NCBI GenBank assembly: GCA_002633005.1
Contig: NMRA01000109.1
Span: 904,624 to 968,623 of the forward strand
Direction: 5' to 3'
Origin: Phoronis australis
Lineage: Eukaryota; Animalia; Phoronida
DNA: 64,000 nucleotides
The position numbers and the translations under genes are program-made. How positions within the stretch are numbered: position 1 is the stretch's first letter; each line of letters starts with the position of its first letter. The notes beneath the pieces were generated by a model. The model ran no database searches. It was given only the letters and a program-made list of their open reading frames with translations, and was not told the origin of the DNA. Below, in pieces: positions 1-12,168 of the stretch.

Positions 1-870
1 TAAAATTGCCACCAGGTGGCACACAAGTAGACAGATCCATCCGAAAATAGTCGTCGTCCGTTGTCAACATCATACAAACACACTTGTCAAATTTAGTAAA
101 GATCCTGCAAACGGTTTAGGAGATACAGCCATGAGCGCAAAAAACGAAACTGCCACTAGGAGGCGCCACATTAGTTGAAGTCATCGGAAAATCATCGTCA
201 GCCGTCCACTTCATAGTTAAAACATACATGCCAATTTTCACAATTATCCTGAAAGCGATTTGGTTGATACAGGGGTAGATGCCAAAAAACAGACTCAAAA
301 ACAGTAAATATGGCCACTAGGTGGTGCAAAAAGATCGAATCCATCTGAAAACGGAAAGATAGTGTTATCTCACTAACAGAAGCCTGTATGCCAAATTTTA
401 TGAAAATACGTTGAGGACCCTTGAAGATACAGAGGTAAACGCAAAAAAAATAAAATTACCATCAGTTGGCACACCAGCAGTCAGATCTGTTCGAAATTCG
501 TCGTCGTCCGTTGTTAACATCATATAAATGCACTTACTAAATTTAGTAAAGATCCTGCAAACGGTTTAGGAGATACAGCCATAGGCGCAAAAAAAAACAA
601 AACTGCCATTAGGCACCACAGTAGTCAAAGTCGTCGGAAAATCATCTTCAACCATCCTCTTCACAGTAAGAACATACATGCCAATTTTCACCATCATCCC
701 CAGAAGGGATTGAATGGTTGATTGAGGCAGAAGCCAAAAAACTGACTCAAAAACAGTAAAAATGGACACCAGGTGGCGCAAACTACGTCGAATCCATCCA
801 AAAACGGGATGATACTGTCGACTCACGAATAGATGCTTATATACGAAATTTTGTGAAAATGAGAGTCACA
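1..870 (+). mobile_element. Partial Helentron-associated non-autonomous element (HINE/DINE-like) tandem array in IPO5 intron 11
   Basis: Same ~150-bp monomers with GCCAC(T/C)AGGTGGC as the copy at 1925-3475. Confidence 0.75.
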
Positions 871-930
871 AAGCATGGATGAAAACCATCTATGTCTACA
901 ACCTGGTAGTTCACATGTCACTATACACAC

Positions 931-1055
931 CTGATCCAGCAAGAACGGTAGAACGGAATCGACTACGCTGCTCAGCACAGTCTCCATCTGTTTATGACAG
1001 CCCTCGCCGCATGCTGAGATAGCCATCAGACCACCATGTCTGTAGCGCCAGTCAG
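931..1055 (-). CDS. IPO5: Importin-5 exon 11 ([25 protein letters not shown]...LLDQ); gene continues beyond the left edge
   Basis: Resembles [24 protein letters not shown]; ttctag|CT and CAG|gtgtgt. Confidence 0.96.
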
Positions 1056-1601
1056 CTAGAAGGCAAGAAAAAACACATTAATGTCACTTTCCTATTAAGG
1101 AAACTCCAGCCTATTGAAACTCTGCTTACCTTTCTCACTAATGTTAAAAATATGTAAAACACACTTATCGCTTGTTCTATGTGGTAAACACCAGATGGCA
1201 TAGTTGATTCACAGTCTTGATAGAGCATGTGATTGATACTTCGAGACTGGATTCAACCCTTCCCACTAACTGGGTTTTCGCAGCTCCACAGTTTACTATA
1301 ACTTAGTAATTTGAGGAATTTAACCCAGGGATTTACGCTTTCATACTGACTGAATTCCTTGAAACAAGAGTTGCGATGCAAGTGTGAAAGTGACATACTT
1401 ATGACAGACTGAATCACTTGTGCACTTATGAGGCATGCGTTCTAGCAAGACAGTGAACTCAATAGGTTATCACTAACTTGACAGTGTTGAGGGTGTGTCA
1501 TAGTAAAACAGACAGCTGACACCCAGATGTTGTTCTACATCAAGACTAGAACAGCAGTCCATGGCACGGTGTAGACAGAATACAGCAATAAGAGTACTCA
1601 C

Positions 1602-1708
1602 CATTGTTCAACATCTGTGGCACAGTAGAAATGATGTGAGGAAGCATTGTCTTTCCACCTAAACCACATGCCAGGCGGTCCAGGGCACTCTCACCGGCTA
1701 TTGGGTTA
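1602..1708 (-). CDS. IPO5: Importin-5 exon 10 ([25 protein letters not shown]...)
   Basis: GESALDRxACGLGGK motif; ttccag|T and G|gtgagt. Confidence 0.96.
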
Positions 1709-1924
1709 CTGGAAATGGAGACAAGCATTGCATGTTCAGTAAACCTACTACGGATTGCACGTAGAATGTGGCGATACTTAAGATAAGATAAAAAGTACAA
1801 TGCAACAGTAACTAGATTTAGCCCCAGCGGATTTCAAACAGGAAAAATGAGTTGAAATGAACATTGCCATTGATTTGAAGCTAGCAAACATCTCTCTTCA
1901 GTTTGCGGTTTTATCACCTGTAAT

Positions 1925-3475
1925 ACAAGAGCAACGCAGAGCGTTGAAATGCGCCCACAATTGCACCGCATACGGTATCCTTCTAGGGTTGTTTATTGGT
2001 ACCATAAAGTGGCCAGTAGAGGGCATATATGTAGTATGTTGTACTTTGCAAAATGGAAAGGCATGGTCCTTGTCTCCTCAATAGGCTAGGGGCAAAATGT
2101 GAGTAATCTTCATAATACAAGCACATCCTATACACCAGTTGCTTAAAGCACCACAGAAACATAGAATTAAAAACAAATTTACCAACATACGAGATTAGCA
2201 CAGCATTAGAATGCCAGAAACAAATTTCTACTTGGAACTTTTCCTTCACAGTCACGAAGTAACACAAAGTATACACCTGAAGACCTATGAAAATACAGAG
2301 GTCAATGTAAAATACTAAAATTGCCACTAGAGGCAAATACTAAAATTGCCACTAGAGGCATACCGGTAATCAGAATCATCCTAAAGTCGTCATCGTCCGT
2401 TGTCAACATCACATAAATACACTTGCTAAATTTAGTAAAGATCCTGCAAACGGTTTGGGAGATACAGCCATGGGCGCAAAAAAACAAAACTGCCACTAGG
2501 AGGCGCCACAGTAGTCCAAATCGTCTGAAAATCATTGTCAGCTGTCTTCCTTATAGTAAGCACATACACGCCAATTTTCACAATCATCCTTTGAGCGGTT
2601 TGGTTGATAGAGGGGTGGACGCAAAAATACAGACTCGAAAACAGTAAAAATGGCCACTAGGTGGCGCAAACTACGTCGAATCCATCTGAAAACAGTAGGA
2701 TAGCGTCATCTCACTAATAGGTGCCTACATACCAAATTTCATGAAAATCCGTTCAATACTTTTGAAGATACAAAGGTAAGCGTAAAAAACTAAAATTGCC
2801 ACTAGGGGGCACACCGGTAGTCGGATCCGACCAAAAGTCGTCATCTTCCGTTGTTAACATCATATAAATATACTTACACAATTTGTAAAGATCCTGCGAA
2901 CGGTTTAGGAGATACAGCCATAGGCGCAAAAAAACAAAACTGCCACTAGGAGGCGCCACAGTAGTCGAAATCGTCGGAAAATCATCGTCAACCATCCTCT
3001 ACATAGTAAGCATATACATGCCAATTTTCACAATCATCCTTTGAGCGGTTTGGTTGATAGAGGGGTGGACGCACAAAAACAGACTCGAAAACACTAAAAA
3101 TGGCCACTAGGTGGCGCAAACTATGTCAAATCCATCTGAAAACGGCAGGATAGCGTCATCTCACTACTAGGTGCCTACAAACCAAATTTCATGAAAATTT
3201 GTTCAGGACTTTTGAAGATACAAAGGTAAGCGTAAAAAACTAAAATTGCCACTAGGGAGCACACCGGTAGTCGGATCCGTCCAAAACTTCGCACATGCCA
3301 TCCCATTCATGAATGGAATATATGTGCCAAATTTCCTGAACGTATGTCAAAGGGTTTTGGAGATAGAGCAGCGAACGCCGGACGCCAGACGCCGGACGGA
3401 CGCCGCCCGGACGGACGGACGGACAGAGATGACGGCATAATGCGTCCACATATAAATATGTGGGCGCATAAAAAA
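1925..3475 (+). mobile_element. Full-length Helentron-associated non-autonomous element (HINE/DINE-1/pearl-like) with a 450-bp higher-order tandem array
   Basis: 5' ACAAGAG, hairpin CAACGCAGAGCGTTG, subTIR ATGCGCCCAC (1949); internal tandem repeats; (ACGG)n microsatellite ~3390-3425; 3' palindrome ATGCGTCCACATAT-AA-ATATGTGGGCGCAT (3440-3469), then an A-run; no TSD. Confidence 0.8.
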
Positions 3476-3966
3476 TGCTATATTGCTGTAACGAAAATTC
3501 AAACAAAACAAAATGTGCCATGCTAAAACGTGAACCAAAACTTACAATGATTTTCTAAGATGGCACTGCACGGGGGTTTAAAAATGCTCACTCTAAAAGA
3601 TTTCATGTTGTAGCACAAAAATTTTGCATTACACATGGCTCAAATTACTAACTCTCTAACCTTCACCGTTTATGTGCTCATACAATGAAATGTACTTAGA
3701 ATGGACAAATGACACACAAAAAATGATATCTGACACGCACATCTACATTGACACTCAACATTTTTTTGAAAAAGGCACGATTTTTCACCTGATGGGTCAT
3801 TGTAGCTAATTTGATGGTGGGTTTCATTTATACTCTGATGTCGTGATGTACAATTCAGTTTGTGCTCAGCTGCCTTGATGAGGAATTCAATTTGCCCTGA
3901 TTAATTTTGGCATACACTGTACATACCCAGTGCAATTCCAGATGGCCTAGTGCACACACATATTAC

Positions 3967-4054
3967 CTGTCATTATCCTCATCTTCGATTTCATCGGCAA
4001 ACGCCCATTCAGGGTCATCCTCAAGGTCCACCATCAAAGCCAGAATCTGAGGTA
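3967..4054 (-). CDS. IPO5: Importin-5 exon 9 (VPQILALMVDLEDDPEWAFADEIEDEDNDS)
   Basis: Acidic loop resembling [24 protein letters not shown]; canonical splice sites. Confidence 0.95.
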
Positions 4055-4435
4055 CTGAAAAACAGAAGAATCATTCTTATTTTTTACAACAATTTAGCGA
4101 TATGGAATTATGACAGGCCAAAAAGAATCTCGACTGAGCAAATATAAAGACTAAGTACTAAACAAAATATAGACGTCTGCTGTTTGCATAAATCACAGTT
4201 CACATTTTTAACACGTTTTCATTTTTGAAGAGTTTTCAAAGATTTATCTTTCATTTTACAAACAGTAATTGTTGGTAATTCCATGAACCTGTGAAATAGC
4301 TTGTTTTCAATTGTTGTTTGAAAGAGGTCCACATTTCTGTGAAGTTTTACATCTCTTCAATTTTCATGACATTCCCATACATGGAAACAGGTGTCGCTAC
4401 ACTCCAGGGTTACATGTGAATCTCCCAGCACATAC

Positions 4436-4559
4436 CTAGTAATGGGATGAACTTTCCTCCGACCTTTCTCAACATCGCCGGCGCTGTTTCTGACAGCGTA
4501 ACAATCACTTCTAAAGCCAGGTGACGCCACTGATCATCCATGTCAGTGTTTTTTGTGAT
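4436..4559 (-). CDS. IPO5: Importin-5 exon 8 (ITKNTDMDDQWRHLALEVIVTLSETAPAMLRK...)
   Basis: LALEVIVTLSETA as in IPO5; ttgcag|ATC and G|gtatgt. Confidence 0.95.
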
Positions 4560-4840
4560 CTGCAAAACACAACGCAAAGACAGTTTTATAGGAAATAAGA
4601 CTTGACAATTCTGACACTGTACTGAACGCTAGAACATCACGATTTGAGTTGGTCACCTAGCACAGTACAACCCATAAGTATTCAGTCAAAATGACCTGGA
4701 ATTCCCACATCATCATGGCTGGGCGGAAGCCGAATTCATTGTCACAGTAGTCTAAGTTAACTCAAAAGTGGGAATTATGAGGGATTAACAGAAAAGTTAA
4801 TTAGAATTTGGACAAGGAATGACTTGAGGAGTTGAAAACT

Positions 4841-5180
4841 AACAGAGGGTGCAACAGCAGTTGTATTCATCTAAATATCGACTGGTGCTGGCAGTCTCGC
4901 CATATACCTCTGCATAAAATTTGATCGTGATCCGTCAAGCAGTTTTTGAGATAATCGATGCACAAAAAATGGTTTGTCAAAAACTAAAATGGCCAACACA
5001 GTAGCCAAATCCATTCAACAATCAACTGGTACTAGCGCATCCCTGCTAAGTACCTGTATACCAAATTTCACCATGATCCGCCAAATGGTTCTTGAGATAG
5101 CTGTCGGACAAGAAATGATAACAACGGGTCAACCAACCGACTAACTATATGCGACCACAAGTTTTTACAGGTGCAGAAAA
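4841..5180 (+). mobile_element. Short, diverged HINE-like element in IPO5 intron 7
   Basis: 5' AACAGAGGG and CAACAGCAGTTG hairpin; two degenerate monomers (CCAAATTTCA..GATCC..TTGAGATA); decayed microsatellite and palindrome. Confidence 0.5.
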
Positions 5181-6428
5181 CTTCCATGTGAGATCACAAC
5201 TCTTAAGTCAGTTGCCAGAAACATGCTTTTCAAAGACACCTGTGACCAGTACTTTAGGCAGCCACCAGGTGTCTGTAATTTCAAAAATATTTTTTCTATT
5301 TCATGAACCTACAAATCTCAAAGTGTTACCACAAATGCTTTTAGGTTGCTATGCCAAGTGAATATTGGAGCTTGTCTACCTGACTTCACATATTTTTATA
5401 AAAAGATTCACCAGTTCAGTGTTGCAATAATTTTCATTCTAATATACTGTACAACATGTGTCTGCAATCAAGTTGCCTATGACTTGAATAATGGCAGGGT
5501 TCATATTGCACATCGTACACTAGCAACATGGGCTTGTTTTGTTGTTTTTGTACTTTTCGGGTATCTGCCAAATGAGCTTTTGGTGAGTTTTGAAGTTTTT
5601 TAGAGGCTATTGAGATCGGTATTTGGCTGAAAATACCTACCTGTCAACATTTGTAGGACAGAAAACACCAACCACTTATAACATTTTACTTGTTTCAAGA
5701 AGAACCACCTGTAATTTAAATTTTCTTCAGAAGACAACCACCCAACTACCGCTGCCCCCCCCACCCGGCACCTTTCCCACAGGGAAACATCTTTCAACAT
5801 CAATAAATTCTAACCACAAATAATTGATAATTGGAAACCAGTATATTATGATCACAGGGTAAAATTGTTGAAATTATCATACCGGCGTAGTCGAATTCAG
5901 CGCATTTCAGTACAGCACTGAAAACCCGTGTGATCTAAGAGTGTGAACGGACTTCTTGTAAATCACAAAGGTTGGGGTCCACTTTCAGTTTACAACCTCC
6001 TTGGAATTGCCATCAATTTCACCTTCGTGTGCTCGTGCTCTGCTGTATTTCACTTAAAGCCTATCCCTGAATATTTGTTTAACGTGAACGAATGGGAAAA
6101 ATAAATTTGTATAACTTGCCAGATTCAAGGGAAAAGTAAATTGTAGCCACTTAACAGAAGACTGAGTCACCTGAGTGTCAACTGTAGCATAGTGGTATTG
6201 CAGGACTAGTGGGTTAGAGAATTTACTCCAAATGGAAGTCCAGTTTGAAAGATTTCTTACATACTCTCAACGAGAAGCTGCAGCAGTCATAGCAAAAGTT
6301 CATGCAGAACCTCGCTTGGTCACACAATATTAGAAGCGTATAAAAACAGTAACCTTCTCAACAGATGGGCAAAACTTGATAAACCCCAAAAAGCAACAAA
6401 GGGCAAAAATTATCATGTATGATGCTAC

Positions 6429-6554
6429 CTCAATACACAAACTGATGATTTGCTCGAGCTGTGAACGTAAGAATTTTGGCGTAGTCTCTGCAATGTCCAC
6501 AAGGCACTTGAGTAAGGAATCATCTTCTTGCGTCTCGAGCGACTTCACCACCGC
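6429..6554 (-). CDS. IPO5: Importin-5 exon 7 (AVVKSLETQEDDSLLKCLVDIAETTPKFLR...)
   Basis: Resembles [20 protein letters not shown]; tttcag|GCG and GAG|gtagca. Confidence 0.95.
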
Positions 6555-6997
6555 CTGAAACAAGATTTAGCAGGAGTCAAATAGATGTGTTCTCCTCAAA
6601 TGGAAGTTTAAAGCACATTCTAAATTTCAAGAGCCTTTACCCTTTTCATTGACTTGAAAAATACTCCAAATGAAAGTCTTGTAAAGGAGTTTAGATTTTT
6701 GCTCATTAGTGACATTTTCAGTGTTGGTTGTCTGGGAATATTGTCACAGGACAAGACGAGAGTTTTTAGAAAGAAAGTGTTTCAAGTCCACTGTCGTGCT
6801 GATCTAAAGTGTAATTTTCTTGTGTTTTGACACTGGGTGTATACCTCTAAGGATGTTAAGTCAGAAACGTCTAATCCTTACATTTGTCATTGCCAGCCTA
6901 TTCTTTAAACTGGTTGATATGTTTACTTTTGAAAAAAGCCTTAGGTACGCCTCAAACGCTGATAACTAGTACATAGGCGTCACATTGACGAACTTAC

Positions 6998-7102
6998 CTG
7001 TATAATACCAGGTAGTAGATCTCTGAAGTTGATCAGTATGTGTTGGTCATTCTCATTCTCAGTGAGGAATGACGTTGCTGCTTTGACGGCTTCAAATCTC
7101 AC
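6998..7102 (-). CDS. IPO5: Importin-5 exon 6 (VRFEAVKAATSFLTENENDQHILINFRDLLPGIIQ)
   Basis: Resembles FADLLPGFLQ; ccag|GTG and CAG|gtaagt. Confidence 0.93.
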
Positions 7103-7200
7103 CTGGAAATGGAACATACACTATACACACACATTGACAAGGAGCAGGATATTGTATCAGAAGATGTAACACAGCTGAGGGAAAGGCACTTTTTTCTCAA

Positions 7201-8062
7201 AACAAGAGCAACGCGAAGTGTTGATATGCACCCACCGTGTGCATTGCATATACAGCGCATATACAAGGGATTATTACTATGTTAAACATCCCCACTAGAT
7301 GGAGCAATGGAAGTTAACTTAAAATAGCCTCAAGAAGGTGCATAGCAAGTCAACAAAGCTCTCCTCAATAGCAACACGCTTGATAAGACTGCAAAAATAA
7401 AATTGAAACTGGCACTGTAGTCAGATACATCCAAACATTTGTCATATGTTGTCGCGCTTACAGAAATAGACTTGCCAAATTTCAAAAAGAACCAGCAGTG
7501 AAAAACAAGCTAAACTGCCACTAGGGGTGGCACAGTAGTAAGTGCCATCCAAAAATCATCGTTACATGTTCTCTTCCCAGTAAGAAGATATATGTCAAAA
7601 TTTTCATAATCATCCTAAGAGTAGTTTGGTTGAGAGGGGACACCAAAAACAGACTCAAAATTAATAAAATGACCACTAGGTGGTGTGAACTATGTCAAAT
7701 CCATTTAAAAACGGACATGTGTCAACACTTCTATTTACCAAATTTCACAAAAAATCCGTCAAGGAACTTCAAAGAAACAGAGGAAAATGGAGTGAAAATA
7801 AAATTGCCACCAGCGGGCACAGCAGTCGTCGTCACTTGTAATTACCTTCATGTAAATACACTTGCCAAACATAACAAAGATCCGACACACCGGTACTCGG
7901 ATCTGCTCAATAATTCGCTCATGCCGTCCCATCCATCAAAAAAACATCTCTGCTGCAAAATTTCATGAACATACACCAAGGGTTTCGGACATACAGCAGC
8001 AGACGCCAGACGAACAGAGATGATGGAAAAACCGAGAAATTTTAGCCTCGTGCACAAAAAAA
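7201..8062 (+). mobile_element. Diverged HINE copy in IPO5 intron 5
   Basis: AACAAGAGCAACGCGAAGTGTTGATATGCACCCAC start, CCACTAGG monomers, AGACGCCAGACG...GAGATGATGG end. Confidence 0.72.
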
Positions 8063-8667
8063 TAAAATTTGTATCAGTACGGTCTTATTGTGAGCTCTTG
8101 AAATCTGGCACATTTTAGGCTACTTTAAAAATAGGAGTATCAAATATCATCACATGTCATGCAACACCAAGATGGATCGCAGACAGACAAGTTTGTTGAA
8201 AATAATACATCTGTTTGTGAAAATCAACATATCCAGTCGGGAACCCCCCATAAACTATCAAAACCTATGATTCTGGCTCCAGAAGCAAGCAAGCAAGTGA
8301 TCATTCAACACAAGTGTGATCTCATGCAATACAAGACATAAGTAATCGGACAAAATACCATTTCTCCCATCATGACGATCAATTCCATTGACAGCAAAAA
8401 GTACTAGTAATAACTATCAGGGCACCAAAATTCTCATTACAGAATAGCTTAGTCCTTTAATAACTTTCATGTTAATTCGCCATCATTAACGGCCACACAA
8501 AAAGACTTTCTTATGATTTATTCAGGAATTGCACAGCGGCCACCAAGACAAGCAAAATTCAGGTAATTTCCATAATTGCTCAATGCCAGTGAACCTTTGT
8601 TGCCTAACTTTCCTCCAGAAATGGGAATAAGGAATGGCAAGGACTCGGCACATAGTGCACATCTCAC

Positions 8668-8764
8668 CTTAGAATTTCCCTGATCATTGATACATTGGCT
8701 CAACATTCCTTTAATATCATTCAAGTGCTGTGCCTGTTGATTACCAAATATTCCTGGAACACTC
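8668..8764 (-). CDS. IPO5: Importin-5 exon 5 (SVPGIFGNQQAQHLNDIKGMLSQCINDQGNSK)
   Basis: PGIFGNQQ motif; tgcag|G and AAG|gtgaga. Confidence 0.95.
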
Positions 8765-9411
8765 CTGCAAACAGCAAAATGAGCAATCATATAGGCAGCT
8801 TATGGCACGCATAATATCTTAGACTGTTTATTATTAAACCAACGCATCATTTTATCTTTTCGCACCTGAGAGACAAAGAGTTGTTACAGAAGTTATTCCA
8901 AACAAGTACTATGTTGGCACCCTCACATATACCACCTGACATCTTGACAATGAAAACAGAACATGAAAAGGATAAATATATATGCACGTGGCATATCAAC
9001 TAGAGTATTGGTCAATCATTTTTATCCCCACTTCTATTTTGATCACACCCACTTTATTTCAAACAGATGCATTCCAAAATACAGGCTCAAAATGCAGGAA
9101 AAAGTTCCTTTCTTTGACTACAAACAAAATCTAATCGCAAAGACCTCACAAACAAAGAGCACGAAAGCTTTTTTTGCTCAAATCAATTTTAAATTCAAGT
9201 TCGGCTGAGTTAAAAAAGAAGTCAAAACATAATTTCTTTGATTCAGGGACATGTTGAATATTCAAACATTACAAAGCACATCGCCACCTGGTGATGAAGC
9301 ATATTTCACTGTGTCGTCACTCCATATTGGACAAGATATTCAGACAACGTCCTTAAATTTCCAATTGGATTTCCACTACATTCCATAACCAACACAACCA
9401 CCAACACTTAC

Positions 9412-9514
9412 CCAAAAAGGCTTAGTGCGCATTCTTTGATGTCGACATTCGTAGAATGGGCAGCATTGAACAAGTACTGCAGGCACTCCGGCCAAGCATT
9501 GTTACCACTTTCAT
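9412..9514 (-). CDS. IPO5: Importin-5 exon 4 (DESGNNAWPECLQYLF...ALSLF)
   Basis: Resembles DEDGNNQWPEGLKFLF; tgtag|AT and GG|gtaagt. Confidence 0.94.
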
Positions 9515-9584
9515 CTACAAACAGTTTTGGAAGTTAGTCTGATGTTAATGTATGTAAACTGGCATTCTTTTGCCCATACGTTAA

Positions 9585-9728
9585 TGTTGTGCTCGTTCAG
9601 CAATTCTGAAGAGTTATTGCTTCATCAGAACTGACCAACTGGCTGAATTACTTGTTTATGAAACCAGATAGCATGATGAAATTCAAAATAGGCAACCATG
9701 AAATTTACCCATCACCCCACATCCGGCT
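9585..9728 (-). ncRNA. Candidate intronic H/ACA snoRNA in IPO5 intron 3
   Basis: Hairpin, AAACAA (ANANNA), hairpin, ACAnnn; 144 nt; ~70 nt upstream of the 3' splice site; G-U pairs favour the sense strand. Confidence 0.35.
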
Positions 9729-10113
9729 AGAGAGCCTGTGTTGGAGACAGTGCGTGAACCAGGAGTGCCCCGAGCCATTCATGCATTATACTTTATAGCC
9801 AGACACTCTTGTTGGTTTGCTCAGAACAACTGGCACGTTTAACTGATGTCAAAATAGATGGCAATATTACGGGGAAATTCGGCTATAATTCACAGCAGAG
9901 TTTCACAACCACAAGGACTCTTTTAATTTCCATGTACACCAAAATGAAAGCCATATTCCCACTAACGTTATGATATTCTCTTTGACTTTCAAAAAAGTGC
10001 TTTCGACCCTACTCCCAACTCATAAATGTAACAAAATGTCAAAGACAATATCTTTAAATATGAAGCAAATGACCACTTTGTAATGTGAGGGAGAGCACAT
10101 GAAGAGTACAAAC

Positions 10114-10306
10114 CAAGGAGATTTCGTGCCAGCTCAGCCAAGGCCTCACTAATTTTCTTTCTCACAGGTTGTTCGGTCACAGTTTCAATCTGCGACAATA
10201 GCTCCCTCTTGAGTGTGTTTTGAGTATCAACGCCAAGCGTAGGCCAGAGCTCGTCGAAGCTGGAGGTTAGCACTCGACGAAGCAACACAGCAGCCAATTT
10301 CCGCAC
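10114..10306 (-). CDS. IPO5: Importin-5 exon 3 (VRKLAAVLLRR...AELARNLL)
   Basis: AAVLLRR and AELARNL motifs as in IPO5; atag|GTG and G|gtttgt. Confidence 0.95.
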
Positions 10307-10951
10307 CTATAAACAGGAAATTAAGTCATGAGGGATTGAAGTCAGTAAACACTTGAAATACAAGTGAAAAAGTAAAATACGATGGAAAATTGACCTCGCC
10401 CAGAACACTCGTACAGGCGCAGAGTAAACGTTTGACATTTACTTTATGTTTTTTTAAAGTCGTCACTTTTTATGAGCCCCAATCCAGGAATACGAGTGTC
10501 AAATATACAGACACTCATATTTTCAAGAGAACATTTTTGCCTGTGTCGGGCACTGGTCACAATTGTTTCTGATGGTAAAAGACTAAAACATTATTCAATG
10601 TCAATCTAGTAGCCAACATAAAAATACACACAAAAACACACTGCAGAATCTCCGTGAATTTTGGGCCAGTAGAATCCCACGTTTGTAAGCACAAAGTACC
10701 AGTGATGACTAACTTCACTTTGCAACACATGCCGATTCCAATAAATTTTCCAAACATGTGATAGTATCCCGTTTAGCTATCTCATTGTTATGTAATTCTA
10801 TAAGTATCTCACCCCATAGTCAAACTTTTTTCACATCTGAACCTTTTGATCGTTCTTTTAATTACCATAACACAACAGATAAGACTAAAATTCTGCGGGA
10901 AGAACAATTACATTATAATTGAAACCAGAAAATATTAGTTTGAATGCATAC

Positions 10952-11032
10952 TTCAACAGGAAGTATATCCTTCTTTGTTGAATTTAAGAGAAACTGCAAC
11001 TTCGTGGCGTCAGCTATGTGTTGGTAGGCTTC
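10952..11032 (-). CDS. IPO5: Importin-5 exon 2 (EAYQHIADATKLQFLLNSTKKDILPVE)
   Basis: tttacag|GAA...GAA|gtatgc, phase 0/0; aligns to human [21 protein letters not shown]. Confidence 0.88.
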
Positions 11033-12168
11033 CTGTAAATATAGAACAACATGGCATTACTAACTTTGTTTTATAGACAATCCACAATCAATAACTCTCA
11101 CACTAATTGACAACTTACATATCCGCTGAAATACAAGATGTTCAGTATTCCTAATTACATATTCATCAGACCTGAGGACCATCAAAACTGCATATGAATA
11201 CTTTGGACACCAGATTTGCAGATTTTTGGGTATTGACTAAACATAGAAATTTCGAACTTTTCAGCATGTTAGCCTATTGGAACTGTGTTTAGTTTGTACT
11301 TTTCTTAGTTACTTATCTCTGAAACAGGTTACTGCAATACACACGAATTCACGAATTCTCCAGGGTGCTTAGTTGGTGGGTCATGCTTGTTGTCGTGAAA
11401 AGATCCAATTAATCAACAGAAAGGTTCCTTATTGAACTTAAAATTTATGTTAATACATGCCGCAACACAACAAAGATTTTCAAGCTTCAAAGGTTAAACT
11501 TGTTTCTTGAACCAAAAAATATAAAGATCTGAAAAAAGTGCTCATGATATTGTACTGGACAATGTTTTACACCAGACGACATGCTCTTAACTATTCATAA
11601 AAGACATGATGTCATATTCCCTGGCATGACCAGTGTAAAAATTGCCAATTGCCGATTTGGACAACTTGAAAAAAGTTTGATCACGGCACAGGCATCCTCA
11701 GCTTCTGATCATCCCCATTACACGTATATAATACTACAAGGTATGACACTACGGACAAGGAATTCCACGGGTGCTTCACTTCAGCCATCCATATCAAACA
11801 CAAAACTCAATAAATTTACACAAAACAGGGTTTCAACAAACCATTAGCAATTGTTATTTCTTTTAATACCATTCACAGTGTTCTGCTCCAGCGAATTTGC
11901 AAAAAAATTGTGGTCAAAGCCCAAAAAATGTTCCCAAAAAGCCCACACATACTTCCTCCTTTGATGGTTTGGAATTATCCGATGAGTGACGGATGGACGG
12001 CAATTGCCGGTTCGTCACGGAAGATTACAAAATCATCAGGCTAAGGGTGGAGTTGTCGATGTCGTGACTTTAAGTTACTTATAGGATAGTTCCGTACCGT
12101 CCTTGACCTCGAACCGTCAAAGGAGGAACTATGCATGGGTGTTCAGGGAATTTCTTTGTGCCTTGACC

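Noticed and set aside
1250-1330. Telomerase RNA template/pseudoknot
   Set aside because: CAACCCTTCCCACTAAC is not a CTAACCCTAA template.
2300-3300. CRISPR-like regularly spaced repeats
   Set aside because: The sequences between the motifs are themselves repeated (450-bp period), the context is eukaryotic, and there are no cas genes.
116-3538. Short ORFs within the tandem arrays (e.g. VAPPSGSFVF)
   Set aside because: By-products of the HINE repeat; frames are not conserved between copies.
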